The notes beneath the pieces are model-generated. The model saw only the letters and a list, made by a program, of their open reading frames with translations, had not been told where the DNA came from and did no database searches. The translations under genes were made by a program, and so were the position numbers. Source: an uncultured virus (IMG/VR IMGVR_UViG_3300030372_004155) (taxonomy: Duplodnaviria; Heunggongvirae; Uroviricota; Caudoviricetes). From it: a stretch of DNA of 64,000 nucleotides. This document shows, one piece after another, positions 29,687 through 39,763 of this stretch. The first letter of the stretch is position 1, and every line of letters starts with the position of its first letter. The stretch is taken from the IMG/VR virus record IMGVR_UViG_3300030372_004155; one strand, 5' to 3'.

Positions 29687-31343
29687 TCTCTGCTTTCTTG
29701 ATGTCTTTTCCCATCTGACCATTAGTGATTGCACCATCAGCTTCTAATGGCATATCACCCATCATATCCATTTCACCTTCTGCTGGTAATGGTTCACCAG
29801 TTATAGGATCCATAGCGGCAGGATCAGGAATAATTCCATCTTTTATTTCTTTTTCTATCTGTTCATCTTGTTCTATAATTTCCCCATCAGTTTGACGTAA
29901 AACATTCTTACGAACCCATTCTTGTGAATAAAATCTTCCAATATAAGGTTCAATAGTAGCAAGAGTTCCTAATCTCTCATTCATCATCTCAGTTTCTTTT
30001 AATTCAGCAAACTGATTGTCGTAAATGAAATCATATTGAATATGCTCACTCAAATCTTCCCAATCTTCAGGAGTTACAATATTCTTAAGAATCAATTGAG
30101 TCTTAAGCATATCTGTGAACATATGTGCAAAACGCTTTCTTAAACGTCCTACAAATTTAGAAAACTTAAGTTCATCTCTTAAGATTTCTGATGACCTACC
30201 CAAATTGAATCCACCATCTGATGCAATTCTAGATTCAGGAACAGCTAATGCTCTATAAAGTTTCTTCTGGAAATACTCAATGTCAGCAAGTTCTCCTAAG
30301 TTTTGGCCACCAGGAAGTGTTGTGATTTCAGTTCCTCTACCACCTTCTCTTCTAGGTAACCAGAAATCTTCCATCATAGACATAAACTTACGATCATCTC
30401 TAACTTCACCAGTGTTAGCATCATATACTAACTTGTTACGATAACGACTCATTACCTCTCTGAGGTATTGCTCTGCTTTTACCTTTGGAAGATTACCAAC
30501 ATCAATGTAGAATATTCTTCTTTCTGGTGCTCTTGATAATCTGTAGATAACAAGACTATCCTCAATCATTCTAAGTTGATTAAGGGCCTTAATTGCTTTT
30601 TGTAAATAAGAAAGAACAATTCCTTTATTTCTATCAACTAAACCAGATGTTACATAAGTGATAGAATCTTTTGATATTTTTACACCTTTAGATGCTCCAC
30701 TACCACTGACCATTCCTGATGGATAATTAGACTTTGGTGTATATACAAAATATTCTTCAATTTCAGGAGCTACAATCTTTGCATCATCTTTTTCTCCATT
30801 CATCTTAATCTTCATTGCATCTTCTTTGCTCATCTTCTTTTCTTGACGAACAAACCTCATTTTCATGGGGTCAATATATCTTAATTCCTGTATTCCTTCT
30901 TCTGGATTTTTGACATCAATAACCTTCAGATAATATAATCTTCCATCTACATACCAATTTCTAAGTATTTCGTGCGATTTTTTATCAAAATCTAATATAT
31001 CTTTTATATTTCTAAACTCATCTCTAATTGCTTTTTTAAGTTTGTCACTTGCATTTAAATTAGATAATTCAATCTCAATTGGAGTGTCATATAAGTCACT
31101 GACAATTGCTTCATTTATAATATCTTCAACAGCACCATCACATTCTGGATGCAATGCCATCTCACGATATCTTCTTATCAAATCATATTCGGTTCTATAG
31201 ACACCTTCAATATCTACATAAGAACCATAAAAACCACTGGAAATATAATTATCAACCCCGTCCTCATTATTCTGAGGAACGGGGGATATTACTCCAGGGG
31301 ATTTCTTTTCTTTTTCAATAGAAAAGCCAAAAAGTCTTGCCAT
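29682..31343 (-). CDS. gp20: Portal vertex protein gp20
   Basis: YREMALHPE, WYVDGR, RAPERRIFYIDVGNLPK and EDFWLPRREGGRGTEI. Confidence 0.98.
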   Translation of the reverse strand: MARLFGFSIEKEKKSPGVISPVPQNNEDGVDNYISSGFYGSYVDIEGVYRTEYDLIRRYREMALHPECDGAVEDIINEAIVSDLYDTPIEIELSNLNASDKLKKAIRDEFRNIKDILDFDKKSHEILRNWYVDGRLYYLKVIDVKNPEEGIQELRYIDPMKMRFVRQEKKMSKEDAMKIKMNGEKDDAKIVAPEIEEYFVYTPKSNYPSGMVSGSGASKGVKISKDSITYVTSGLVDRNKGIVLSYLQKAIKALNQLRMIEDSLVIYRLSRAPERRIFYIDVGNLPKVKAEQYLREVMSRYRNKLVYDANTGEVRDDRKFMSMMEDFWLPRREGGRGTEITTLPGGQNLGELADIEYFQKKLYRALAVPESRIASDGGFNLGRSSEILRDELKFSKFVGRLRKRFAHMFTDMLKTQLILKNIVTPEDWEDLSEHIQYDFIYDNQFAELKETEMMNERLGTLATIEPYIGRFYSQEWVRKNVLRQTDGEIIEQDEQIEKEIKDGIIPDPAAMDPITGEPLPAEGEMDMMGDMPLEADGAITNGQMGKDIKKAEI

Positions 31344-31371
31344 TGTATAATCTTTTTACCTATTATAGCAC

Positions 31372-31378
31372 TATTTAT
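31372..31378 (-). promoter_or_regulatory. Late-promoter core ATAAATA (gp20)
   Basis: Overlaps the gp19 stop. Confidence 0.7.
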
Positions 31379-31968
31379 CTGATATTTTCACCGCCAGCCG
31401 CAGGTGAAGTACCTTTATATGCTTCCCACCACTGAACTTGCATCTCTACAGTAAACTCTTCTAGAGTATCGGTAGTCTCATAACTTAGGTCAATTGTGGA
31501 AATATTAGTTGGAAAAATATCCCAGAACTTGTAAGATCTAAGAATACCACCATCACGATCTAACTGATGAACCATTGCATCTTTTTGATACTCATCAGGG
31601 TTCTGAACCCCTGTGGCATCTTCCATACTATTAATGATATTCATCCACTTCTCAAAAGCAGAACGAATAACAAAATCAACATCATTGAGAACAGTAATTG
31701 TCCATGTCTCAAATGTTCTATCTCCTGCAATTTTAAGTATCCTTCCTCGGAATGGAACTTCAATTGGTGAAATGGTAGATGCAGGAAGTGCTGCTGCCTT
31801 AACTAAAAATCTTGATTTTTGTAAGACATCATTTTCTATTGCAACTGCTTGTGGAAACGCTAACTCAACCTCAAAAAGATTCGGCCTAGCACCACCACCA
31901 GTTAACTTACTTTTAAAATCGCTAATCTTCCTTAAAGGAATGCTATTTTGTTGAACACGGCTTGGCAT
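31375..31968 (-). CDS. gp19: Tail tube protein gp19
   Basis: GGARPNLFEV, FRGR.LKIAGDRTFE.WTITV.ND and FPTNIS.IDL. Confidence 0.96.
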   Translation of the reverse strand: MPSRVQQNSIPLRKISDFKSKLTGGGARPNLFEVELAFPQAVAIENDVLQKSRFLVKAAALPASTISPIEVPFRGRILKIAGDRTFETWTITVLNDVDFVIRSAFEKWMNIINSMEDATGVQNPDEYQKDAMVHQLDRDGGILRSYKFWDIFPTNISTIDLSYETTDTLEEFTVEMQVQWWEAYKGTSPAAGGENIR

Positions 31969-31983
31969 TTTTTTAAACCTCTA

Positions 31984-34461
31984 TTAAACGTTACCGATTA
32001 CTTCTTCAAATGCAACGCCAGTTCTAGTGGCGATGAAATTAAGACCAATGAAGTTGATTGATCTTGCAGGCTTAATGTATATATCAGCCACAAACTCATT
32101 TGCATCAATAATTGCGGCAGTGTTATTTGTTTCATCACAAATAACAACATAATCAGTAATTCCTCGTTTTGCCTGAACATCACGTAGGAAAGGTTCAACA
32201 ATGTTTACAAAGTTAGTCCTTGTAATTTCATCATTGAATTCAAAGAGTTGATCTTTTGCAGCAGCAGAAATTGCATCTTCAAGGAAGAGGAATAATCTAC
32301 GAACGTTAATTCTATCAAATGCAGATGCTTTAGCAAATGCAGTCTTATCACCAAATAATACAATTCCAGCACCAGGTGAGAAAATTACAGGATTAACTCT
32401 TGCAGAATAAAGACGATCTCTTTGATCCTTACTTGGATTGTATGCTAACTTAACAGCATTAAGAATAGCACCTCTAGCAGTACCTGCAGGTGAGAACCAA
32501 GGGAACGCATTAATATCCGTTCTAGCACATAATCCAGCAATATCACCATTTAATGGAATATATCTGAATGTATTTGCAAATCTATCAAACATATACTTGT
32601 ATCCACTATCAAATACAGCATATGATGAAGAAGTTATAGGTTCAAAGAAATTAATTACATTATCAGTAATTTTAGAATCACCTAAAACAACATCCACGGT
32701 TTCTTGACTAGGATTGTCAGTTATCATAGATGCTCTATAAGGAGAAATAAATGCAACTGCATCCTTTCTCAACTCTGCAACCGAAATCAATTTAGTTGCA
32801 AGAGCCCTTGCTTCATTTTGCCCTTCTTTGGCAGATCCCATCAATAAGAAATCTACATCAACATTAGTATCATTCTCAAATAATCCATAACCAGTAACTA
32901 AGTCATCTAATCCAGAATTAAGTGCTCCAGTTGAAGTAATGGTAGAAATACCACCATAATCCTTACCATCTTTTAATACTGTATTCAAATTACCAATTGA
33001 ACCAAAGATAATACCTTCAGCATCTTGATCCCAACCAGTATCACCAGCAAGAGTAAATCCTGAACTATATCCAGTAGTTACCACTCCTGCAGGTTCTCCA
33101 CCAGCAAAGATATTTGTTGAATTAGTTTCAATATATTTTCTCCACCATTGAGGTGATCCTACAGAAAACTCAGCGTCTTTTGCCTTAGAAAGATTTAAGT
33201 GTTTTTCAAGAATCGTTCCAGCATTTCCACTGATAGTTCCTTTACCATCTATTACCACAACATGTAATTCATCAAATCTTGCACCTCTAGCAGCTGCATA
33301 CTCTGATGTAGTAGGACGCTCTGAAAGAGTATTCCATTTTACTGTGGTGGTTGTAGTTGCTCCACCTACTGTTGCAGTTGTGAGGTCAAGTGTTTGCTGA
33401 TCAAACCAATCTACTGAACTTGTAACTGCGGTAGATCCGTATGAAGTTGTCTGACCTGTAGAATGAATAGCAACTGTAGAATCTGTACTAAACTGATAAA
33501 TGCTATTATAAGATTGAGCAGTTTCTGTGGAAAATGCATTAACATGACTTAGGAATTTAACTCCTACTTCTCCAGTACCAATTTCAGTAATAATACCCTT
33601 AAAGTATCCATCAAGTTCTTCAGTAGTACCAGCACCAACTCCTGTTTTAGAAACAATAGTTCCTGCAGGAACTGCTTGAGTAATTCCATATCCAACTGCT
33701 AAATCTGCAGTAACAGTGGTAGTGGTTCCAAAATCAAATGTTGTTGTTAAATCTACACTTGATGCTGATGAAGTAGAGATGGTAACAATACCAGCCGATC
33801 CTCCACCAGGTACGGCAAGAACAGTGGTTCCTGCTGCAACAACACCTGCAACATCACATTTAACTTCTAATCCAACAGTAATACTAGTCGTACTATCAAA
33901 TGAAATAGTAGAAGCAGAACCTACCAAAGTACCACTTAAGTTAGATACTGTATCACTAAATGAAGTTGCACCTGTAGTATCAATACCAATAGTCTGATCT
34001 GCTCTGCCATCAATAATTCCAATTCTAATATCATTTGCCCATGTTCCAGGATTTCTCGCAAGAACAGTTGCACCTGCAATAGGACTCTGATCATATCCTA
34101 ATTCTTCATAATTCTCTGCACTCTTCACTCTTATACTTGAAGCAGTTCCTACAAAAGCATTCTTTAGACCCACTCCTGTAGTTGTGTTATAATCGTCAGC
34201 TCTTACAACATTTAAAATTCCACCATATGCCAGATATGATGATGCTGTTAACCATGTTTCATATTGCTTATCAGTATCATATGGTTGTCCAAATGTATTT
34301 AATAAGTCGTTTTCAGTAGTGATAAGTGTAGGAGTTCCTACTGGTCCTTTTGCAAAAGGGCCTACAATTCCACCTAATTTATCTGATGTCGGATCAATTC
34401 TCCCAAGAGTTAAATCAATCTCCTTAACCAGAATTCCAGGAGATGCTAGATTTAGCGGCAT
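31984..34461 (-). CDS. gp18: Tail sheath protein gp18
   Basis: SPG..VKEIDLT, PWFSPAG..RG, SAFDRINVRRLF and IKPARSINFI. Confidence 0.97.
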   Translation of the reverse strand: MPLNLASPGILVKEIDLTLGRIDPTSDKLGGIVGPFAKGPVGTPTLITTENDLLNTFGQPYDTDKQYETWLTASSYLAYGGILNVVRADDYNTTTGVGLKNAFVGTASSIRVKSAENYEELGYDQSPIAGATVLARNPGTWANDIRIGIIDGRADQTIGIDTTGATSFSDTVSNLSGTLVGSASTISFDSTTSITVGLEVKCDVAGVVAAGTTVLAVPGGGSAGIVTISTSSASSVDLTTTFDFGTTTTVTADLAVGYGITQAVPAGTIVSKTGVGAGTTEELDGYFKGIITEIGTGEVGVKFLSHVNAFSTETAQSYNSIYQFSTDSTVAIHSTGQTTSYGSTAVTSSVDWFDQQTLDLTTATVGGATTTTTVKWNTLSERPTTSEYAAARGARFDELHVVVIDGKGTISGNAGTILEKHLNLSKAKDAEFSVGSPQWWRKYIETNSTNIFAGGEPAGVVTTGYSSGFTLAGDTGWDQDAEGIIFGSIGNLNTVLKDGKDYGGISTITSTGALNSGLDDLVTGYGLFENDTNVDVDFLLMGSAKEGQNEARALATKLISVAELRKDAVAFISPYRASMITDNPSQETVDVVLGDSKITDNVINFFEPITSSSYAVFDSGYKYMFDRFANTFRYIPLNGDIAGLCARTDINAFPWFSPAGTARGAILNAVKLAYNPSKDQRDRLYSARVNPVIFSPGAGIVLFGDKTAFAKASAFDRINVRRLFLFLEDAISAAAKDQLFEFNDEITRTNFVNIVEPFLRDVQAKRGITDYVVICDETNNTAAIIDANEFVADIYIKPARSINFIGLNFIATRTGVAFEEVIGNV

Positions 34462-34497
34462 CTTAATTACCCTCGCAGTCCAAATTTATTCTAGAAA

Positions 34498-34504
34498 TAT
34501 TTAT
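34498..34504 (-). promoter_or_regulatory. Late-promoter core ATAAATA (gp18)
   Basis: Intergenic, 36 nt upstream of the gp18 start. Confidence 0.7.
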
Positions 34505-34534
34505 TAAATTATCTTTTTTACATGCATTTTTTCA

Positions 34535-36184
34535 TCATTGATAATCCCACATGTAAGATCTATCCCCATATTCGTCTACATGCCATGTATCTCCGTCCTT
34601 ATCTACAAAACTCTCATCTTCCAATCCAGTTGCAATAAATCCAAAGGGAGCCATGTCTTGTTCTATCTGATTTTTTTGATCTTCATATATTCTTTTACGA
34701 ACATCATTATCAGTCATCTCCTTAAAATAGTCCTGTGCACATAACCATGCAAATATAACCAGACACATAGCTAAGTCATCATTAGAACCTTCTTCTGCTT
34801 CAAAAGAATTATGTTTCTGAGCAAATGTAGTTAATTCTGAAATAATATCATAATCCCATAAAAGTATTTTATCATCCTCAAGCATAGTCTTTAAATTGGA
34901 GCAACCCAATTTTTTAACAGCAGAAGTTGTTCTAACTCCCAATTGAGTTTTCTTACCTGAAAAACCTTGCCCAACTATTTGACCTGCTCTACCTCTCATT
35001 GTCGCCATTAAGAGATTCTCATACTCCAAATCATATTGAAGAATACTTGCTACTTGATCTCCTATGTCATTTACCTCTATCAATAAATATGCTTCATTAT
35101 ACCCTTTTGCCACATCCAAAATAACATTAGGAAATAGCATTGGTTTAATTTCATTATTCTTATATTTGGCAACGACTTGATATGGAAATTCTGTTATATC
35201 AAAAACGAGGAAAGCTGAATAATCATTACCCAATCCTCTGGCAACATCAACGGTAATTATATAATTGTGATCTTTTATTGGATCTACGTAAATATCAAGA
35301 CCTGCATTTCTCTTTTTAGGTTCCTCATATACAAGATTTTTAAGTTTAGTTGCAGCAATTAAAGTATTAACAGATCCTAAGAACTCACACTCAAACTCAA
35401 TCTTGAATTGCTCCTCAGAAGTATTTGCAATAGTCTGTTCTCTCCACACAGCATCCCTACCAGGAACTTCACTCCAATGAACGTCAGTAGGAACATATTC
35501 ATTCTTTCCCTTCTCACTGTCGTGCCACATACGATAGAAATGATTCATACCCCGTGGGGTAGAAACTATAATAACCTTAGTAGATTGACCAGATGTAATT
35601 GTAGGATAAACTGATGCAAAGAAATCATCGGCAATGTGATTTGGAATGAATGCAAACTCATCAAGGAATATAACGTTATAAGATCCACCACGAACAGCAG
35701 ATGATGAGGTAGAGTTTGAGGATATTTTAGAACCATTCTCCAATTCTAAACTACCTTTATTCCAAGAGATTATACCTTGTTGCATCCATGAAGGTAAATT
35801 TTCATATGCCAGTTGTAACCTACCTAACAAATCTCTAGCAGTAGATGCCTTGTTTGCAAGAATAGCAATATTTACATTATCATTAAAAACTGCATAATGC
35901 AGTAAATAAGACACACACGTCGTAGACTTACCAGTCTGTCGTGGCATCTTACATATATTAAATCTATGTTCATGAAATCTCTCAATCAATTTCTCTTGGA
36001 AATCGTACATGTCAAATTTTACTAATCCATAATCCAGAGAAACAATTTGAATATAATTTCTTGCAAAATAAACAGGATCCTGTTTACATTTCATAAACTC
36101 TATTATCTGCTCTTCAGTATACTCATGTTGAGTATTAGCCCTCTTTAAATTGGGATTACCCAAATATATCTCATTGGAAGCCAT
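34535..36184 (-). CDS. gp17: Terminase large subunit gp17
   Basis: PRQTGKST, IFLDEFAF, VSTP.G.NHFY, VDVARG and DDL.M. Confidence 0.98.
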   Translation of the reverse strand: MASNEIYLGNPNLKRANTQHEYTEEQIIEFMKCKQDPVYFARNYIQIVSLDYGLVKFDMYDFQEKLIERFHEHRFNICKMPRQTGKSTTCVSYLLHYAVFNDNVNIAILANKASTARDLLGRLQLAYENLPSWMQQGIISWNKGSLELENGSKISSNSTSSSAVRGGSYNVIFLDEFAFIPNHIADDFFASVYPTITSGQSTKVIIVSTPRGMNHFYRMWHDSEKGKNEYVPTDVHWSEVPGRDAVWREQTIANTSEEQFKIEFECEFLGSVNTLIAATKLKNLVYEEPKKRNAGLDIYVDPIKDHNYIITVDVARGLGNDYSAFLVFDITEFPYQVVAKYKNNEIKPMLFPNVILDVAKGYNEAYLLIEVNDIGDQVASILQYDLEYENLLMATMRGRAGQIVGQGFSGKKTQLGVRTTSAVKKLGCSNLKTMLEDDKILLWDYDIISELTTFAQKHNSFEAEEGSNDDLAMCLVIFAWLCAQDYFKEMTDNDVRKRIYEDQKNQIEQDMAPFGFIATGLEDESFVDKDGDTWHVDEYGDRSYMWDYQ

Positions 36185-36199
36185 AATCTAAGTCCTCAA

Positions 36200-36271
36200 T
36201 TAATGGTGTGATTTACCACATTTTATACAGGGATCGCATCCACATCCCTTACAGTCGCATGGAGTTGTCAT
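36200..36271 (-). CDS. Putative 23-aa Cys/His-rich metallothionein-like peptide (MTTPCDCKGCGCDPCIKCGKSHH)
   Basis: Translated by hand. It fills most of the gp16-gp17 gap, has 6 Cys and 2 His, and has CTAAATA at 36298-36304 upstream. Confidence 0.6.
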   Translation of the reverse strand: MTTPCDCKGCGCDPCIKCGKSHH

Positions 36272-36280
36272 AAGATTTAC

Positions 36281-36700
36281 TTAAGATTTCTTATTATTAT
36301 TTAGAAATCCATCTTTCAGCATCTTTGATAACTCAGTTGTAGATCCTACAAACACAGCATTATTAGTAACATTATTAGTAGTTTTATTCATCTCTTCATC
36401 AACTTCTCTAACTTTTTTCTGAAGTTCCATCAACTTATCAGTAGTATCAGCAACTGACTTAAGAATTTGACCAGCAACCTCATAAGCTCTAGGACTTGCA
36501 GTTTCACCTGCTACTTCCATTATACCATTAAGAGATTCTTGACCCTTTTCAATCAAGGAATATAAATTAGCACGACTATATTCATAATCCTTTTTAACCT
36601 CATCAGGTTTTTGGGATACTTCAACCTTAGCAGGAGCATCTGCCTTTATGATATCACTTTTAGTATTAAGTGCTTCATCAATAGGATCATAACTAGACAT
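36281..36700 (-). CDS. gp16: Terminase small subunit gp16
   Basis: DYEYSRANLY.LIEKG, PRAYEVAGQ and NNAVFVGST.EL. Confidence 0.93.
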   Translation of the reverse strand: MSSYDPIDEALNTKSDIIKADAPAKVEVSQKPDEVKKDYEYSRANLYSLIEKGQESLNGIMEVAGETASPRAYEVAGQILKSVADTTDKLMELQKKVREVDEEMNKTTNNVTNNAVFVGSTTELSKMLKDGFLNNNKKS

Positions 36701-36705
36701 GACTA

Positions 36706-37488
36706 TTAAATATCCTCTTGTCTTGTTGGACTATAAGATCTAGCATCCCCCAAATCTTGCCAACTTTCACTAAATCCAAAATCATCACCAGGTCCAGCAT
36801 CAGCAGGAACAGGAGTAGCAGTATATCTCATTTCCCGTTTAGCAGTCTTAGTATCAGTACTACCATAAATGTCTGCTTGAACTTTCTTAATCAGGCCATC
36901 CGTAGTAGCAGCAATAGGACCGAATAGATAAGTCTTAGCAGTAAAATTTAAAGTGTAGATAAGTGCTCTTCTAGTGGAAAAATCTCCTTCATAATCATCT
37001 TGAAAAGATATATTATCTAATATAACAGGAATATCTCTTTTTTCTCCAATTGAACTTACTAAATCTACCGTAAGATTAAATGAAGGTTGGAAGTATGGTA
37101 ATATTTGTTCTACAATCTGCAATGCATCATCATTTAATTTTGTGAAAATACTTAACTCAAATCCGATGTTATATGGAACAGGCATATAGACTTTTTTTAA
37201 GTTTGTACCATCAGAAGTCTTAAATGTCTGAGTAACACCTGCTTTCCTAGTAGGATCATATGCAATAGTATTCATTTCAAATGACATTCTAGGTAATGTA
37301 ATCTGAACTGATTTATTTAAATCTGCTTGCTGCTCTAATCTAGCAAGAAATTTTTGAGCAGGGCCATATGATAAGGGAACTTGCATTTCACCTGTATCAC
37401 TATGCCTAATACCTATTTGATTAAAAACAGTACCGAAAGAGATAATAGTCTTTCTAATAATTTCGTGATAATAATAAGTGCCTAACAT
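36706..37488 (-). CDS. gp15: gp15 tail sheath stabiliser / terminator
   Basis: YYHEIIRK, VPLSYGP..KFLARL, LPRMSFE and QIVEQILPYFQP. Confidence 0.94.
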   Translation of the reverse strand: MLGTYYYHEIIRKTIISFGTVFNQIGIRHSDTGEMQVPLSYGPAQKFLARLEQQADLNKSVQITLPRMSFEMNTIAYDPTRKAGVTQTFKTSDGTNLKKVYMPVPYNIGFELSIFTKLNDDALQIVEQILPYFQPSFNLTVDLVSSIGEKRDIPVILDNISFQDDYEGDFSTRRALIYTLNFTAKTYLFGPIAATTDGLIKKVQADIYGSTDTKTAKREMRYTATPVPADAGPGDDFGFSESWQDLGDARSYSPTRQEDI

Positions 37489-38918
37489 TATACTTGTCCA
37501 AAGGGATTTGATTCACTAAAGTCCACAATAGCGTCTGCTTCTGTCTCTATTTCAGTGTTCTGATCATATTTATCCTCAAATTCAGCCGCCTCAATATAAT
37601 CAACAGTATACTCTGCACCAGAGGTGGATCCAATAGCAATATCACCAGGTATGAACGTACCATCGGTAGTTCCCAATTTAAGAGTACCTGCATCCTTATC
37701 CCAACTCTTAACTCTACCAATAGCTCCAGAAATAGATCCCGTAACCTGCTCATTAAATTGATAAGTTCCAATACCTGTAATTAATGGAGGTGGAGAAACT
37801 GTTGCTATTCCTGTTCCAGCAGTATATCCAATACCAGCATCGGAAATTAGAACCTGTGTAATAGTATTAGCAATACTTACAAGTACTCGTCCAGTTGCTG
37901 TACCAACTCCAGAAGTTGGAGTTGTGAAATATAAATCTGGTGCAATAGGGTAACCACTACCAGGAATATCAACAGTAACAGTTCCGATTCCTATACCACT
38001 TTCAACTATTACTGCAGTTGCGGCTGCTCCTACTCCATGTGTAGTAGTAATTCCATTAGTAGTAGTGGTTGCTGCACTTACAATACTAACTGTAGGTGGC
38101 ATAGTATATCCCATACCTGGTTGGGTTAATAATATTTCCTTAACAGAGTATATGTTATTAACAGATGTAGTTATAGCAACTGCAGTAGCATCTACTCCAC
38201 CAGAAGGAGCCGTACTGATTGCCACTGCAGGAACTTGTGTATAATCATAACCATCATTATTAAGAAGAATATTTCTAACATATCCTGTAGATGTAGATAC
38301 ACCTAAAGATGCCGTAGATCCTATAGAAATTAATTTCAATTCAGTCATATAACCGTACTCCATTACAGAATCATCAAGTTCCTGATTAGATGTTGATTCT
38401 TGATTCCATCCAGCAAACTCATCTTCAAGTTCAAATAATTCACACTGCAATTCATAAACGTAATTTTTTTGTAATTGGTAAAATGGTTTTTCATGCTCTA
38501 CAAATTTCACCTCAAACATTCTTTGTCCCAATGGGAAATATATTAAATCACCTTCTCTTGGCCTAGTAGCTACATTAATTTCACTCGCTGGCATTGTTAA
38601 TAAAAAGGGAGAAATGAAATCCTCAAACCTTTCTTTGGATATTGTAACAACCAAATCATCTTTTAGACTCATACCAAATTTAGTCATTATATCTCCAGCA
38701 CCAGTATACCCTTCATATGTGTTTACATATGCCTCAATAGAAAAATTATCATTGAATGCAGAGTCCTCTACTTCCCTAAAAATATTATCTGTTTTTATAA
38801 TTTTTCTAGGCAAATAAACTACATCAATGCCATAGGTCTTTAACTGCTCATTAATTAAATCCTGAACAAGTCTTTGTTCTCCTTGAGAACCTTGTAAAAA
38901 GAAGGGGTTTAATGCCAT
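37488..38918 (-). CDS. gp14: Neck protein gp14 with inserted beta-repeat domains
   Basis: LNPFF, YLPR, RPREGDLIYFP, EHEKPFYQL and C-terminal DFSESNPFG. Confidence 0.92.
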   Translation of the reverse strand: MALNPFFLQGSQGEQRLVQDLINEQLKTYGIDVVYLPRKIIKTDNIFREVEDSAFNDNFSIEAYVNTYEGYTGAGDIMTKFGMSLKDDLVVTISKERFEDFISPFLLTMPASEINVATRPREGDLIYFPLGQRMFEVKFVEHEKPFYQLQKNYVYELQCELFELEDEFAGWNQESTSNQELDDSVMEYGYMTELKLISIGSTASLGVSTSTGYVRNILLNNDGYDYTQVPAVAISTAPSGGVDATAVAITTSVNNIYSVKEILLTQPGMGYTMPPTVSIVSAATTTTNGITTTHGVGAAATAVIVESGIGIGTVTVDIPGSGYPIAPDLYFTTPTSGVGTATGRVLVSIANTITQVLISDAGIGYTAGTGIATVSPPPLITGIGTYQFNEQVTGSISGAIGRVKSWDKDAGTLKLGTTDGTFIPGDIAIGSTSGAEYTVDYIEAAEFEDKYDQNTEIETEADAIVDFSESNPFGQV

Positions 38919-39763
38919 TATCCTATCAAATCAAGAGGTGGTAGTTCATATTCACTACTCATTTTTTCTCTAATATAATCTATTTCTCTTTGCCCATCAT
39001 CATATATTTCTCTTCCATTAAACTCAATTCCACCAGGCAATTTAACTCCTCTAAACTTAATTAAATTTTGACCCCACTGTCTTTTTATAAGAGCAGTTGC
39101 ATATCTCTTTAAGAATGAATCATTCCATACACCAGTAAATTCTGTAGGATTTAAAAGTCTATAGCAATCAAGAACAAAATAAGTTCCAGCCTCTTCTGAA
39201 CCCCAATCAATATCCAGATATAATCTATCTTGTCTTTGATTGAATCTTATCTGCTTATCAGTAGTGAGTAGAAAATCTATATCTTCTAGATAAGTTTTTA
39301 CCATAGAATATTGTAGTAATTCAATAGAATTGAAAAAATACAAATCATTTAAAAATAACTGATATTTAATACTAAACATTCCACCTGAAATAGAACTAGT
39401 ATCAAATTTAAATATTTTTTCTACACCTATAACTGATTCTGGAACTTGAATAAAATTAGAATTTTCATACCAATTGAATGACATAGTTCCTACACCACTT
39501 ACATCAGTAGAATTTGCAGTTGTTGTAACAATACCTACACCCGTAGTAGGATCTGCCTTTCCTCTATCAATATCATCTTGTGTTACTTTATATTTCAAAT
39601 ACATCCTTTCAACACCGTCAAAATGACGTTCATTGAAAAGTTGTAACGCATCATCTATTAAATCATCTACCTGATCATCATCAACGTTAATCTCCAATAC
39701 AGGAGCACCTAATTGTCTGAGGCAGTAATTTTTAAATTCTAGTCTAGTTGTTGGTTTTGCCAT
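38918..39763 (-). CDS. gp13: Neck protein gp13
   Basis: YCLRQLGAPVLEINV, HFDG and IKRQWGQNL.KF.GV.LPGG. Confidence 0.94.
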   Translation of the reverse strand: MAKPTTRLEFKNYCLRQLGAPVLEINVDDDQVDDLIDDALQLFNERHFDGVERMYLKYKVTQDDIDRGKADPTTGVGIVTTTANSTDVSGVGTMSFNWYENSNFIQVPESVIGVEKIFKFDTSSISGGMFSIKYQLFLNDLYFFNSIELLQYSMVKTYLEDIDFLLTTDKQIRFNQRQDRLYLDIDWGSEEAGTYFVLDCYRLLNPTEFTGVWNDSFLKRYATALIKRQWGQNLIKFRGVKLPGGIEFNGREIYDDGQREIDYIREKMSSEYELPPLDLIG

